From IMG/VR virus record IMGVR_UViG_3300026274_000003, positions 1 to 61,959 of that record: a DNA stretch of 61,959 nucleotides; one strand, written 5' to 3'. Under the pieces are notes generated by a model that worked only from the letters and a program-made list of their open reading frames with translations, was not told where the DNA came from and made no database searches. Positions within the stretch are counted from its first letter, which is position 1; each line of letters begins with the position of its first letter. The position numbers and the translations under genes are program-made. Origin of the DNA: a virus (lineage: Duplodnaviria > Caudoviricetes). Positions 1-8,683 of this stretch are shown here, piece by piece.

Positions 1-161
1 ATGAAGGCATTGAACCACAGCGTTTTGTGATGTTCACTGACGGATATCCTGGTAGCGGTTGGGGTGATCCTAACTACTGCGATACGCTGTTCATTATTCA
101 TGGCAGCACCAGCATTGTCGCTCCGTTCGGTTTGACCGCGTACTACGAACTAGCAAACTAA
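1..161 (+). CDS. 3' end of VWA-like domain protein (partial)
   Basis: Frame from nt 3 reads EGIEPQRFVMFTDGYPGSGWGDPNYCDTLFIIHG...APFG, stop TAA 159-161; FTDGY...W...APFG is typical of the C-terminus of phage DUF2201/VWA-like proteins. Confidence 0.7.
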   Translation, partial: EGIEPQRFVMFTDGYPGSGWGDPNYCDTLFIIHGSTSIVAPFGLTAYYELAN

Positions 162-180
162 GCTGTAAAGTTAGTTGACA

Positions 181-209
181 AAAAGCCCCGTACAAATCGG
201 GGCTTTTTT
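181..209 (+). terminator. Intrinsic (probably bidirectional) terminator
   Basis: aaaagccccg-tacaaat-cggggctttttt. Confidence 0.85.
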
Positions 210-220
210 ACGAGCAAAAT

Positions 221-577
221 ATGAAAAATAAAATATTCGTCCTGATGTCTAATGCTGGTAGGGTCGCTGGTACGTTTCACCATGAGCCGTCGGACCTAGA
301 ACGTGATGAAGCCTATGCGCGTTATCTGGGGCATTCTATTGAGCTTGGTACAGCAAAATGGAACACTTGGGTTGAAGAGCATGACGTGTTAGGTACATCC
401 CCAGAACAAGTTGAAATTGATAAGCTACGAATGCAGCAAGTGGCGATAAGCACGGCCGCGCTTGGTTATAATCCTAATCTAGGGCAGGACAACTCAGCTT
501 GGACAGTTGCCCTAGATGATGTGGTTAAGCTCTGGGATAAGTATTACTTTTTGTATTCAAATAAGGCGCAGGAATAA
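221..577 (+). CDS. Hypothetical protein
   Basis: 118-aa ORF in + strand gene run. Confidence 0.6.
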   Translation: MKNKIFVLMSNAGRVAGTFHHEPSDLERDEAYARYLGHSIELGTAKWNTWVEEHDVLGTSPEQVEIDKLRMQQVAISTAALGYNPNLGQDNSAWTVALDDVVKLWDKYYFLYSNKAQE

Positions 578-661
578 GCATTCATTAGTGGAAAGTGCAT
601 ACTCGTATTCGAGGTGCATTAAAGACTCAGTAACACTAACAGTTGCCCTCCGTCATTTACA

Positions 662-690
662 TTGACTGCAAGCTCACATGAGCTTATCGT
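662..690 (+). promoter_or_regulatory. Sigma70-like promoter with palindrome in spacer
   Basis: TTGACT-N17-TATCGT; spacer holds aagctca-ca-tgagctt. Confidence 0.55.
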
Positions 691-717
691 ATGGTTAATT
701 GACTATCGGAGGCATCA

Positions 718-1299
718 ATGAAATTAAGTCAAAAAGAGCTTGAAATGCTGTCCAGCACAGACATTGACGCATTGCTTGACACCATGTGGTGGTATATCAA
801 AACCCCACCAAACGTAATTTCGAAGGAAGAAAAGGGAGCGCATGTTCAACGATTACGAGTGCTCTCTATGGCCACTGATACTACCTCAGGACGGCAACGT
901 CGTGTGATAGATCGATTGATGCATGAAGTAAACATGGCTGCGGTGCATCGTCAAGGAACAGGAGAATTTGCACCTGATGTTGTCGTGAAACTTGATGACT
1001 TGAGGGAGGAATTAAAAGCGGCATTCAGGGGTGAGTTCTTTACTCCTATCAAACATGTATCCACACACTTGGCTGACGTAGAAGAACTGTTCGTCATCCA
1101 ATTAGTTCCAGCATTTCAACATCACCCAGAATTCCCTGTTACCTACTATGCTGGCTACTTTAAGTCACCGAAGTGGGAAGCTGAACAGACAAATGACATC
1201 CATGCGGCCGCTCGATGGTCCGCCAAGGATGAGGCGCAAAAGGTTGCTGATGCATTATTGCCTTCACTCAGTTGTGTTTGGAAGGTGGTTGAGGCGTAA
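718..1299 (+). CDS. Hypothetical protein
   Basis: 193-aa ORF with GGAGG SD. Confidence 0.7.
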   Translation: MKLSQKELEMLSSTDIDALLDTMWWYIKTPPNVISKEEKGAHVQRLRVLSMATDTTSGRQRRVIDRLMHEVNMAAVHRQGTGEFAPDVVVKLDDLREELKAAFRGEFFTPIKHVSTHLADVEELFVIQLVPAFQHHPEFPVTYYAGYFKSPKWEAEQTNDIHAAARWSAKDEAQKVADALLPSLSCVWKVVEA

Positions 1300-1337
1300 T
1301 GACTGAGTAAGCAGCGTTCACGGGAATTGTTAATCAT

Positions 1338-1802
1338 ATGCAATTAGTAACCGCAATTGAACCCCAATTGGATGAAGTTGTGAATAAAGATCACACATAT
1401 GGTCTAGGTGAAACATTTAGGCGTCTGCGTCGGTCCCAAGGTCTAACACAAGCTGACATTGCCAAGAAAATAGGCCTTAGTCGAACGTCGGTTGTGAACA
1501 TGGAGCTTGGTAGACAAACAATCACGCAAGAAATATTGCATGCATTGGCTGATGCTATTGATTGCACTGTGACCATTCACTTCACACCAAAAGGCTTAAA
1601 GATCCCTCAACAATCTATTGAGTTGGTTGAGTCAATTAGGCCTGTGACTATAAAAGAAACTCGGCTACAAGAAATAGCTAGGAGTGTGCATGGCGCGATC
1701 GTATCTGCAAACAATTCACCAAGTATTCAGATTCAATTCATCGTGGGAGCTATGAAGATAGCGCTCGATGAAGTTGGGGTAACTCAAGAAGATATCAAAT
1801 GA
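1338..1802 (+). CDS. XRE/Cro-family helix-turn-helix regulator
   Basis: RRLRRSQGLTQADIAKKIGLSRTSVVNMELG HTH_3 signature. Confidence 0.9.
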   Translation: MQLVTAIEPQLDEVVNKDHTYGLGETFRRLRRSQGLTQADIAKKIGLSRTSVVNMELGRQTITQEILHALADAIDCTVTIHFTPKGLKIPQQSIELVESIRPVTIKETRLQEIARSVHGAIVSANNSPSIQIQFIVGAMKIALDEVGVTQEDIK

Positions 1803-1827
1803 TGCATTATTGTCTCGGAGAATCGAA

Positions 1828-2103
1828 ATGACTGAAAATGATGAAGCAATGATGCAGTTTGCGGTTGAGGCTGACGTACCCAACGAAGATACTATTGCCA
1901 AATATTGTGCATTGTATCCGCAGTACGCGGAGCAAATCAAAGAATTGGGTAAAGAATTGCAAGCAATGCATGGCCAGGAAGAAGTGTACGTGCCACTAAC
2001 ACCTGAACAAGAGAAACAATTAACTGAAGATGTTTCACGTCTGGTGTTTAAATTTTATGAAGCCATGTGTAAACATCGTGGACAAAAGATTGGTAATGCT
2101 TGA
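1828..2103 (+). CDS. Hypothetical protein
   Basis: ATG 1828 after GGAG. Confidence 0.65.
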   Translation: MTENDEAMMQFAVEADVPNEDTIAKYCALYPQYAEQIKELGKELQAMHGQEEVYVPLTPEQEKQLTEDVSRLVFKFYEAMCKHRGQKIGNA

Positions 2104-2151
2104 TTGGTATTGCCAATCATTGTAGTATCAATACCTAAGGAGAATAAGAAT

Positions 2152-2613
2152 ATGACATTTCCGCAAGGTGCAATGTGCAAAGGTAGCGTCAGTCTTGGTA
2201 ATGGCTGTGGCCAATGTTCCCGCTGTAAAGAAGAAATCCTATCACTAAACGATAAAGCGCAAGATTGCAATGCGTCAGCATGGCGATATCGAGTATTTGG
2301 ATTGCGTGGACCCAACAGGCACCGTTGGTCATTTACCGACGAACGTGAGTATATGATTTCGTTGCTTGAACATGGTGGTTTCGTTGTCGAGCCACTCTTC
2401 GAAAAAGAAGAAAGTATGGCTGCAGAATCGCCCGAAGCATTGAGAGCATTATTCAGAATTGCATTCGATTCGACAGTAAATGACTTGGCTGCTGATCCAG
2501 GTAAATGGTCGTCTACCATTGCATACTTGGCTCTTGGTGGTATTCATGCTGGTGGAAAACGCCTAAGCACTCAAGAAGAACTAGAACAAAATTTGGGAAT
2601 TAAATGCGAATAG
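2152..2613 (+). CDS. Hypothetical protein with N-terminal Cys cluster
   Basis: ATG 2152 after AAGGAG; MCKG...CGQCSRC. Confidence 0.65.
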   Translation: MTFPQGAMCKGSVSLGNGCGQCSRCKEEILSLNDKAQDCNASAWRYRVFGLRGPNRHRWSFTDEREYMISLLEHGGFVVEPLFEKEESMAAESPEALRALFRIAFDSTVNDLAADPGKWSSTIAYLALGGIHAGGKRLSTQEELEQNLGIKCE

Positions 2614-3152
2614 TAAACGGGTTGTGCCTTTTCTGGCGCAACCATGACATGGGTTCCAATTGGAACCATTCACCATCTTTCCGTATGGATGGTATCGACT
2701 TTGAATATGCAGAACAGCCTATGATGTATTATAAGGCTATGCTATTCAATGATCCAGCAACTGCCCAACGTATTCTTGATGCCAAGTATCCTTGGGATAT
2801 CAAAGACAAGACTACTGGCAAGGTAATTACTTGGGGTCATAAGTCACTTGGGCGCCAAGTCAAGAATTACGATGACGCAGTATGGATTGAACATCGTGAC
2901 GAACTCATGTATGAGATCTGTTACGCAAAGTTCAGCCAGATTCCGGAGTATCGTGAATGGCTACTTGGTACTGGTGAATTGTATATCGCAGAAGCAAGCC
3001 CGCACGATCGTATCTGGGGTATTGGTCTTGAAGAGACCGATCCATTAGCAGAAGATCCTGCTACCTGGCCCGTTGGTGTTCTTAACCTATTAGGCAAAGC
3101 ATTGATGCGAGTGCGTGACAAATTACGTGAAGAAGAATTGGCATATGAGTGA
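2604..3152 (+). CDS. NADAR (YbiA/T4 gp30.3-like) ADP-ribosyl hydrolase
   Basis: EQPMMYYKAMLFND, KSLGRQVKNYD, KFSQ, EASPHDRIWGIG, NLLGKALMRVR. Confidence 0.92.
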   Translation: MRIVNGLCLFWRNHDMGSNWNHSPSFRMDGIDFEYAEQPMMYYKAMLFNDPATAQRILDAKYPWDIKDKTTGKVITWGHKSLGRQVKNYDDAVWIEHRDELMYEICYAKFSQIPEYREWLLGTGELYIAEASPHDRIWGIGLEETDPLAEDPATWPVGVLNLLGKALMRVRDKLREEELAYE

Positions 3153-3543
3153 ATATATCAAGGATGAATCAGTGAGTGAAGAAGGTCCCTGGCATCTGTA
3201 TTACGATAATGGCAAAGTATCTGGTATTGGTAGTCACGACTTCACACATGATGTAATGTTTGGTATGACCGGTGATTTTGGTGGTCCTGAAAATCGTTTG
3301 AATTACGGTAATGAAATTGTTCGCCGTCTTAATGCTTATGGTAAAGCGGTAGAGCCTTCGAGTGCTGCATACACATTTGAAGCATTGCGTACTCTTGTTG
3401 ATTTGCTTGATCATCAAAGAGGACATTTGCCAGAAGAAGAATATAAAAAACTTGAAGACGTAGCATTACGTCAAGCACGGTATGCATTGCAGGGAATAGC
3501 ACATCGACGTGGTCGCGCAATAGAGAAAAAGATCGATAACTGA
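3145..3543 (+). CDS. Hypothetical protein
   Basis: ATG 3145 overlaps NADAR stop. Confidence 0.65.
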   Translation: MSEYIKDESVSEEGPWHLYYDNGKVSGIGSHDFTHDVMFGMTGDFGGPENRLNYGNEIVRRLNAYGKAVEPSSAAYTFEALRTLVDLLDHQRGHLPEEEYKKLEDVALRQARYALQGIAHRRGRAIEKKIDN

Positions 3544-3558
3544 GTTTCACGCTGATGT

Positions 3559-3584
3559 AAAAAGCCACCCTAGGGTGGCTTTTT
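3559..3584 (+). terminator. Intrinsic terminator (perfect 26-bp palindrome)
   Basis: aaaaagccaccct-agggtggcttttt. Confidence 0.85.
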
Positions 3585-3633
3585 AACGATTATTGATTGC
3601 CATATTAGAATGGAACAAATGGCAAATAAGTGC

Positions 3634-3661
3634 TTGACGTGTGGTTGCCAGTACGTATAAT
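3634..3661 (+). promoter_or_regulatory. Sigma70-like promoter
   Basis: TTGACG-N16-TATAAT; spacer contains TTGCCA. Confidence 0.7.
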
Positions 3662-3700
3662 TGTCTATGTAGACAGTATTAACCCACAGATGGCAAGTAC

Positions 3701-4024
3701 ATGAAAGATAGAGCAGTTAGATTCACAGGCGTAACCCTCAAAGCATCTGACATTCTCCGGACTTATTCAAATCGAAAAACCAACGGTCCATTTCCAGGAA
3801 ACTGGGAACGTGTTGAAATTTCAATAACTGAAATCGTGTATGGCATAGATCTAATTGCCAAAATGGATTTATATATTGCCACGCATTTTGAATCAAAATG
3901 GGGTGTTTATAAAAATGACACCTCGAACAAACTTGTAGTATTCTTTGAAGATGGCAACGAAGCTATCATGTTCAAATTGATGGGTGGCGATACCGCCTAT
4001 CTAAAAAATCAAACTGAGGAATAA
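3701..4024 (+). CDS. Hypothetical protein (jumbo-phage F-E-D...A-x-M-F-K-L family)
   Basis: C-terminal VFFEDGNEAIMFKL. Confidence 0.7.
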   Translation: MKDRAVRFTGVTLKASDILRTYSNRKTNGPFPGNWERVEISITEIVYGIDLIAKMDLYIATHFESKWGVYKNDTSNKLVVFFEDGNEAIMFKLMGGDTAYLKNQTEE

Positions 4025-4029
4025 GAATT

Positions 4030-4623
4030 ATGTCAATGGTACCTATGGTAATCGTCAATGACGGCAAGGGTGAACGGTCTTACGACATTTACTCGCGCTT
4101 GTTGAAAGAACGTATTATTTTCATCGACGGTGAAGTCCATGACCAAATGGCAAGCATCGCGGTGGCGTCGCTTCTGCATTTGGAAGCGGAAGATTCAGAA
4201 CGTGATATTTACATGTACATCAACAGTCCGGGTGGCAGTGTTGTGGCAGGTAATGCCATTATCAACACTATGGATTTCATTAAGCCAGATGTATGCACGA
4301 TCGTTACTGGTATGGCCGCTAGTATGGGTTCCATGTTGCTGACGTCTGGTGCTAAGGGCAAGCGCTTTGCACTGCCAGATTCGACAGTGATGATTCACCA
4401 GATCTCGTCGGGTGGTCGTGGTACGTATAGCGATCTGGAAATTTCGCTTAACGAGACTAAGCGTCTGCGTCAACGTTTGTACGGTCGTTTGGCACGTACG
4501 ACTGGCCATACATTCGAAGAGATTGAAGCAGCTTGCGATCGCGACAACTATATGAGCCCTGAAGATGCTCTTGCATTTGGCCTCATTGATCGTATCGTTA
4601 CTAGTCGCAATGATTTGGTTTAA
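4030..4623 (+). CDS. clpP: Clp protease proteolytic subunit
   Basis: DIYSRLLKERIIF, YINSPGG, catalytic Ser (GMAASMG), His (MIHQ), Asp (RDNYM). Confidence 0.97.
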   Translation: MSMVPMVIVNDGKGERSYDIYSRLLKERIIFIDGEVHDQMASIAVASLLHLEAEDSERDIYMYINSPGGSVVAGNAIINTMDFIKPDVCTIVTGMAASMGSMLLTSGAKGKRFALPDSTVMIHQISSGGRGTYSDLEISLNETKRLRQRLYGRLARTTGHTFEEIEAACDRDNYMSPEDALAFGLIDRIVTSRNDLV

Positions 4624-4653
4624 GAAGTAAAGTAGTACCTCCGAAGAGTAAGG

Positions 4654-4678
4654 AAGCCACTTTTTATAGGTGGCTTTC
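4654..4678 (+). terminator. Probable intrinsic terminator
   Basis: aagccac-N9-gtggcttt. Confidence 0.55.
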
Positions 4679-4712
4679 TTGCTGAATGAGTTGCCATCTG
4701 TTAGTATGGCAA
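4679..4712 (+). promoter_or_regulatory. Sigma70-like promoter with TTGCCA/TGGCAA inverted repeat around -10
   Basis: TTGCTG-N17-TAGTAT; TTGCCA 4691-4696 and TGGCAA 4707-4712. Confidence 0.55.
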
Positions 4713-4732
4713 TCACAATAAGAATAATAAAA

Positions 4733-6052
4733 ATGAACTATCAATTCCCCTCTATAACTTCCATTGAAGAAGTCCGCCAAGCTTGCTTGGATGCAAATGC
4801 GCGTGTTCAAACTCCGTGCTTCGTTGAACGTAATACTGGACATGGTTATATCGTGTTCGATTATGTCGTTAATGTTCGAGGCTTATTCCAAGATCTGACT
4901 GGGGATGAGACCGTTGATCGTGCATCCAAACTGGTACGTGAATGCCGTGGTTTGATCTTTGATGAGAAGACGGGCCAAGTCATTGCCCGAGGGTACCATA
5001 AGTTTTTCAATGTCAACGAACGGCCAGAAGTATTGGATTACAACATTGACATGACGCAGGACTTTATTGTTCTGGAGAAGCTTGATGGTTCAATGCTGCG
5101 TCCGGTTCGTCCGCTAGATAAGCGGGGTCCCAATGATCCAATTCGTTGGGGTACGATGATGGGTTGGACACCAATTGCAGACTTGGTGAACGACTTCGTG
5201 AACACGTCATCCCGGGGTTACAAGAAGTTGGTTATAGATTGCGAAAACAATGATGTGACGCCCATCTTCGAATGGTGTTCACGCAAGCAACCTATTGTGA
5301 TCGACTATGAGAACGACGCGTTGATACTGACTGGTATGCGCCATAACGTGAATGGTGAATACATTCCATATTCTGAAATGCAGGCTTATGGTGTATTGTA
5401 TGATATTCCAGTGGTGAAGGCCTTTGAGAAGTCCACTCGTGACTTGAAGTCGTTCATCAACTATGTTCGTGGTATCAAGAACATGGAAGGATACATTATC
5501 CGTTTTGCTACTGGTCATATGACAAAGCTGAAGGCCGATGACTATTGCTTCCGCCACAATGCATTTGAACTGTTACAGTCAGAAAAGGATATTGTTCAAT
5601 TGGTGGTTGAAGGTAAAGTTGACGATCACTTACCTACGATGGATGCCGTAAATGGTGGGGCCTTGACTACTTTCGAGGCTGACTTCCACAAGAACATTGC
5701 CGCGTATGCGCAAAACATCATTGATAAGGTTGAAGCACTGAAGGCTCAGTATCCAACACGCAAAGAGTTTTACCTGAACGTGGTTAAGAACCCAGACTTC
5801 GGTATTTCATCAGAAGATGCTGGTTATTATGCTCGAGCATATGCTGGTCAGGATGTGCAAGAGTCGATTATGCATCACATTCGCTTGCATATGCACAGTG
5901 GTCCACGTATTGATGAAGTTCGTCATTATTGGGGTAATGTATCGTGGCATGACTATCGTAGCAATGCGATACAAAACGCGGGCACTAAATACAAAGCAAA
6001 AGCTTGGTGGGCGAAGTTGGTTGATAGAGTACGCCTGTTTTTTGTTAAATAA
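4733..6052 (+). CDS. rnlA: RNA ligase 1 (T4 Rnl1/RnlA family)
   Basis: ECRGLIF, YHKFFN, motif I EKLDGS, PIFEW, EGYII, KLKADDY; start at ATG 4733 chosen. Confidence 0.92.
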   Translation: MNYQFPSITSIEEVRQACLDANARVQTPCFVERNTGHGYIVFDYVVNVRGLFQDLTGDETVDRASKLVRECRGLIFDEKTGQVIARGYHKFFNVNERPEVLDYNIDMTQDFIVLEKLDGSMLRPVRPLDKRGPNDPIRWGTMMGWTPIADLVNDFVNTSSRGYKKLVIDCENNDVTPIFEWCSRKQPIVIDYENDALILTGMRHNVNGEYIPYSEMQAYGVLYDIPVVKAFEKSTRDLKSFINYVRGIKNMEGYIIRFATGHMTKLKADDYCFRHNAFELLQSEKDIVQLVVEGKVDDHLPTMDAVNGGALTTFEADFHKNIAAYAQNIIDKVEALKAQYPTRKEFYLNVVKNPDFGISSEDAGYYARAYAGQDVQESIMHHIRLHMHSGPRIDEVRHYWGNVSWHDYRSNAIQNAGTKYKAKAWWAKLVDRVRLFFVK

Positions 6053-6113
6053 AAGATAGCTTGACTTTGTGCCAGATGAGTGTATCGTCTGGTTCTTATT
6101 ATTTGAAAAGACC

Positions 6114-6308
6114 ATGAACGTTTTTGATATGAAAAATTTATCCGTAACCTCTGAGCAGTTCGATCGCGCGATCGTATCGCAGCGAGCTGAGGCCGGCCGA
6201 TTTGATTGTATTACGAAAGCAGACGTGGAAGCATTGTTGGGACTGGCCCACCTTAATTCAGGTGCCCCATATGACTCGAAGACGCCCCTAAAGGATAGGT
6301 TATTGTAA
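6114..6308 (+). CDS. Small hypothetical protein
   Basis: ATG 6114, preceded by TTGACT-N16-TATCGT at 6061-6088 and followed by a terminator. Confidence 0.45.
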   Translation: MNVFDMKNLSVTSEQFDRAIVSQRAEAGRFDCITKADVEALLGLAHLNSGAPYDSKTPLKDRLL

Positions 6309-6334
6309 AACAGCAATAGCTTAACTGAATACAA

Positions 6335-6360
6335 AAGGGGCGACTAATTAGTCGCCCCTT
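6335..6360. terminator. Terminator-like perfect palindrome
   Basis: aaggggcgactaa-ttagtcgcccctt. Confidence 0.7.
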
Positions 6361-6381
6361 CGTCATATCTGGCGCAAATAA

Positions 6382-6410
6382 TTGATTAAAGGACTGGCAA
6401 GTGCCACAAT
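6382..6410 (+). promoter_or_regulatory. Sigma70-like promoter
   Basis: TTGATT-N17-CACAAT; contains tggca-ag-tgcca. Confidence 0.45.
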
Positions 6411-6415
6411 AGGTT

Positions 6416-7585
6416 ATGAAAAAGATTCCATTAAACAGTCTAGTAGTATTGATTGATATTGATACGAAAGACATCATGGGGAAATTCCCAGATCATGAGT
6501 TCGTCAGTCTCGAACGAGTACAAGCTCGTTTGACTGGAGGTAATGAACGGCCTGATCTGCGAAGTCTCTTCATGCACGAAGTAGAACACGAAGTAGTCAC
6601 CAAATTAATGCTTGGTGAACGAGTAGTTGTTGATATCCCAGATTTGCGGCGTGATGCTCGTATGAATCTGGCTAGGATCGCAATCAGTAAGGGTATGGGC
6701 GTTTTTTACATCGTAGATGACTTGAACGTTCGGCGAGATTTGGCAAGGGGCGATAAGCTTGCTGAAGTGATCGATATCAAGAAAGATAGCTTTACTGCTA
6801 TTTTGCCGTTGGATGACAGTGACCTCTTTACGCAAGTGATTCAGAGGGGCTATGAAGGTATTACGGTTGTTCCTGACGTTCATGGAGCATTGCACACAAT
6901 GCTGAATGCAATTCGTTGGGCGCATTGCCGTAATAACTTTTTGCTGTTTCTGGGTGACTTGCTGGATTATGGCGTCGATTCGTTAGAAACGATTGACGAG
7001 GCATACCGCTTAGTCGTTCGAGGGGAAGCGGAAGTAATCAACGGTAACCACGAGAAGAAGATTTATCGTTGGATCACACAGCGTGATGGTGCGTCACACA
7101 TCAAGTTGAGTGAAGCGAACAAAGTAACAACCAGTCGTATTGAAGCACTTGGTGAAGGAGAGATGGAACGTTGGACTTCTCGCTTTCGTGCTCTTTACAA
7201 TATGTCACGTAACCATCGTATTGCTAGGAATTTTGCATTTACACATGGCGCAGTGCATCCTGACATCTGGCGAGTTACTGACAAACGTGTAAGTGGTAAG
7301 TTTGAAGAAATGTGCTTGTTTGGAGAAGTGGACAACGAAATACAACGTAGAGCGGACGGGTATCCAAACCGTGTCTATCGTTGGGTTGACAAGTTGCCGA
7401 ATGATCATATCGCCATTGTGGGGCATGACATTCGAAGCACTGATATTCCGCTTATCCATCAAGGAACAAACGGTGGTCTGGCTATTTTCCTTGATACAGG
7501 GTGTAGTAAGTCAGGTCATTTGAGTACGGTGGACATTAGATTTGTTGATGGTGTGGCAAAGGTTGGTAATTTCAATTCTTTCTAA
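6416..7585 (+). CDS. Pnkp-like protein: degenerate kinase domain + metallophosphoesterase
   Basis: N-terminus IPLNSLVVLI resembles bacterial Pnkp but has no P-loop; DVHG, GDLLDYG, GNHE, THG, GHD, LDTGC phosphoesterase motifs. Confidence 0.85.
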   Translation: MKKIPLNSLVVLIDIDTKDIMGKFPDHEFVSLERVQARLTGGNERPDLRSLFMHEVEHEVVTKLMLGERVVVDIPDLRRDARMNLARIAISKGMGVFYIVDDLNVRRDLARGDKLAEVIDIKKDSFTAILPLDDSDLFTQVIQRGYEGITVVPDVHGALHTMLNAIRWAHCRNNFLLFLGDLLDYGVDSLETIDEAYRLVVRGEAEVINGNHEKKIYRWITQRDGASHIKLSEANKVTTSRIEALGEGEMERWTSRFRALYNMSRNHRIARNFAFTHGAVHPDIWRVTDKRVSGKFEEMCLFGEVDNEIQRRADGYPNRVYRWVDKLPNDHIAIVGHDIRSTDIPLIHQGTNGGLAIFLDTGCSKSGHLSTVDIRFVDGVAKVGNFNSF

Positions 7586-7639
7586 CCATAAAGTACAACT
7601 TTAATGTTCCTAAATAATTAGCCTAAAAAGAAGAAGATT

Positions 7640-8227
7640 ATGGAACGGTATAAACTCGGTATAGGATCCGGCGACGAAGTGCTCGTGTTAAACATGGACG
7701 GTTCGCCAGTCAACGTTCTCCCACTAAGCACTATGGGATGGACAGACGCCGTTAAAGCTTTGTATGCTGATAAAGTTCAACCTATTGCCTATTATGACGA
7801 TTGGGTTGTACGTTCACCATCAATTGAGATGCGCGTGCCGTCTATTGTTATGTCCAAGAGCTACATCAAGCCTGGGCGTGATATGAAGTTTAGCCGTTCC
7901 AATGTTTTCTTGCGCGATGGTCACGTTTGTCAATATTGTGGACACCGCTTTGGTCATGATGATCTCACCATGGACCACGTGGTTCCACGTAAAGACGGTG
8001 GTAGCACCAAGTGGGAAAACATTGTATCGTCATGTGGACCGTGTAACTCGAAGAAGGGTCACTCAACACACATGAAACCGAAGAACAAGCCATATCGTCC
8101 TTCGTACTATGAGATGGCTGATAAGGCGAAATCTAGACCAATTACTATTCGCCACGAAAGTTGGATCGATTATGTTAATTGGCCAGAAGATAAAATTCGG
8201 TTAGTTATCAACAAACATCACAAATAA
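7640..8227 (+). CDS. HNH endonuclease (McrA-like)
   Basis: VLVLN, RDGHVCQYCG, TMDHVVP, WENIVSSCGPCNSKKG. Confidence 0.92.
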   Translation: MERYKLGIGSGDEVLVLNMDGSPVNVLPLSTMGWTDAVKALYADKVQPIAYYDDWVVRSPSIEMRVPSIVMSKSYIKPGRDMKFSRSNVFLRDGHVCQYCGHRFGHDDLTMDHVVPRKDGGSTKWENIVSSCGPCNSKKGHSTHMKPKNKPYRPSYYEMADKAKSRPITIRHESWIDYVNWPEDKIRLVINKHHK

Positions 8228-8230
8228 ATT

Positions 8231-8268
8231 TTGACAGTAAAGGTGGTTCTAATTAGAATCACCCTTAC
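8231..8268 (+). promoter_or_regulatory. Sigma70 promoter overlapped by near-palindrome
   Basis: TTGACA-N17-TAGAAT; gtaaaggtggttcta-at-tagaatcacccttac. Confidence 0.8.
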
Positions 8269-8303
8269 TCAACGATAATAACAACTAAAAAGGAGTTTGA
8301 GTA

Positions 8304-8612
8304 ATGTCAGACATTCAAAACGAAGTTCAAGAACAAGCAGCACCCGTAGCACAAGACCAAGCAGCAATTGGCGTTGTTGATCTGCAAAATGCAGTCAAGA
8401 TCATCGATCACGCAGCTGAGCAAGGTGCTTTCAAGGGCTGGCAAGTTATTGAGCAAGTTATCGCAGTTCGTAACAAGCTGAATGCTTTCGTTACCGCTGC
8501 ATTGGCCGCTCAGCAAGCCGAGCAAGAAGCTGCAAATGCAGCCGCTGCCGCTGCTGCTCCTGCTGCGCCAAAGAAGGTTACTAAGACTAAGGCCGCTAAG
8601 GCCGCTAAGTAA
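8304..8612 (+). CDS. Hypothetical protein with Ala/Lys-rich tail
   Basis: AAGGAG SD; C-terminal AAAAAAPAAPKKVTKTKAAKAAK. Confidence 0.8.
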   Translation: MSDIQNEVQEQAAPVAQDQAAIGVVDLQNAVKIIDHAAEQGAFKGWQVIEQVIAVRNKLNAFVTAALAAQQAEQEAANAAAAAAAPAAPKKVTKTKAAKAAK

Positions 8613-8683
8613 TCGCAGTGCGATAATGTGGTTAGATGGACATTGCGCTCCATCTAACCTTTTTCATACCCCAAGGATTAACC

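Noticed and set aside
176-204. Sigma70 promoters at TTGACA 175 and 9669
   Set aside because: No -10 box at 16-18 nt spacing; both directly precede terminator hairpins
644-714. tRNA gene
   Set aside because: Cloverleaf-like but lacks TTC T-loop, GG D-loop, 7-nt anticodon loop and CCA
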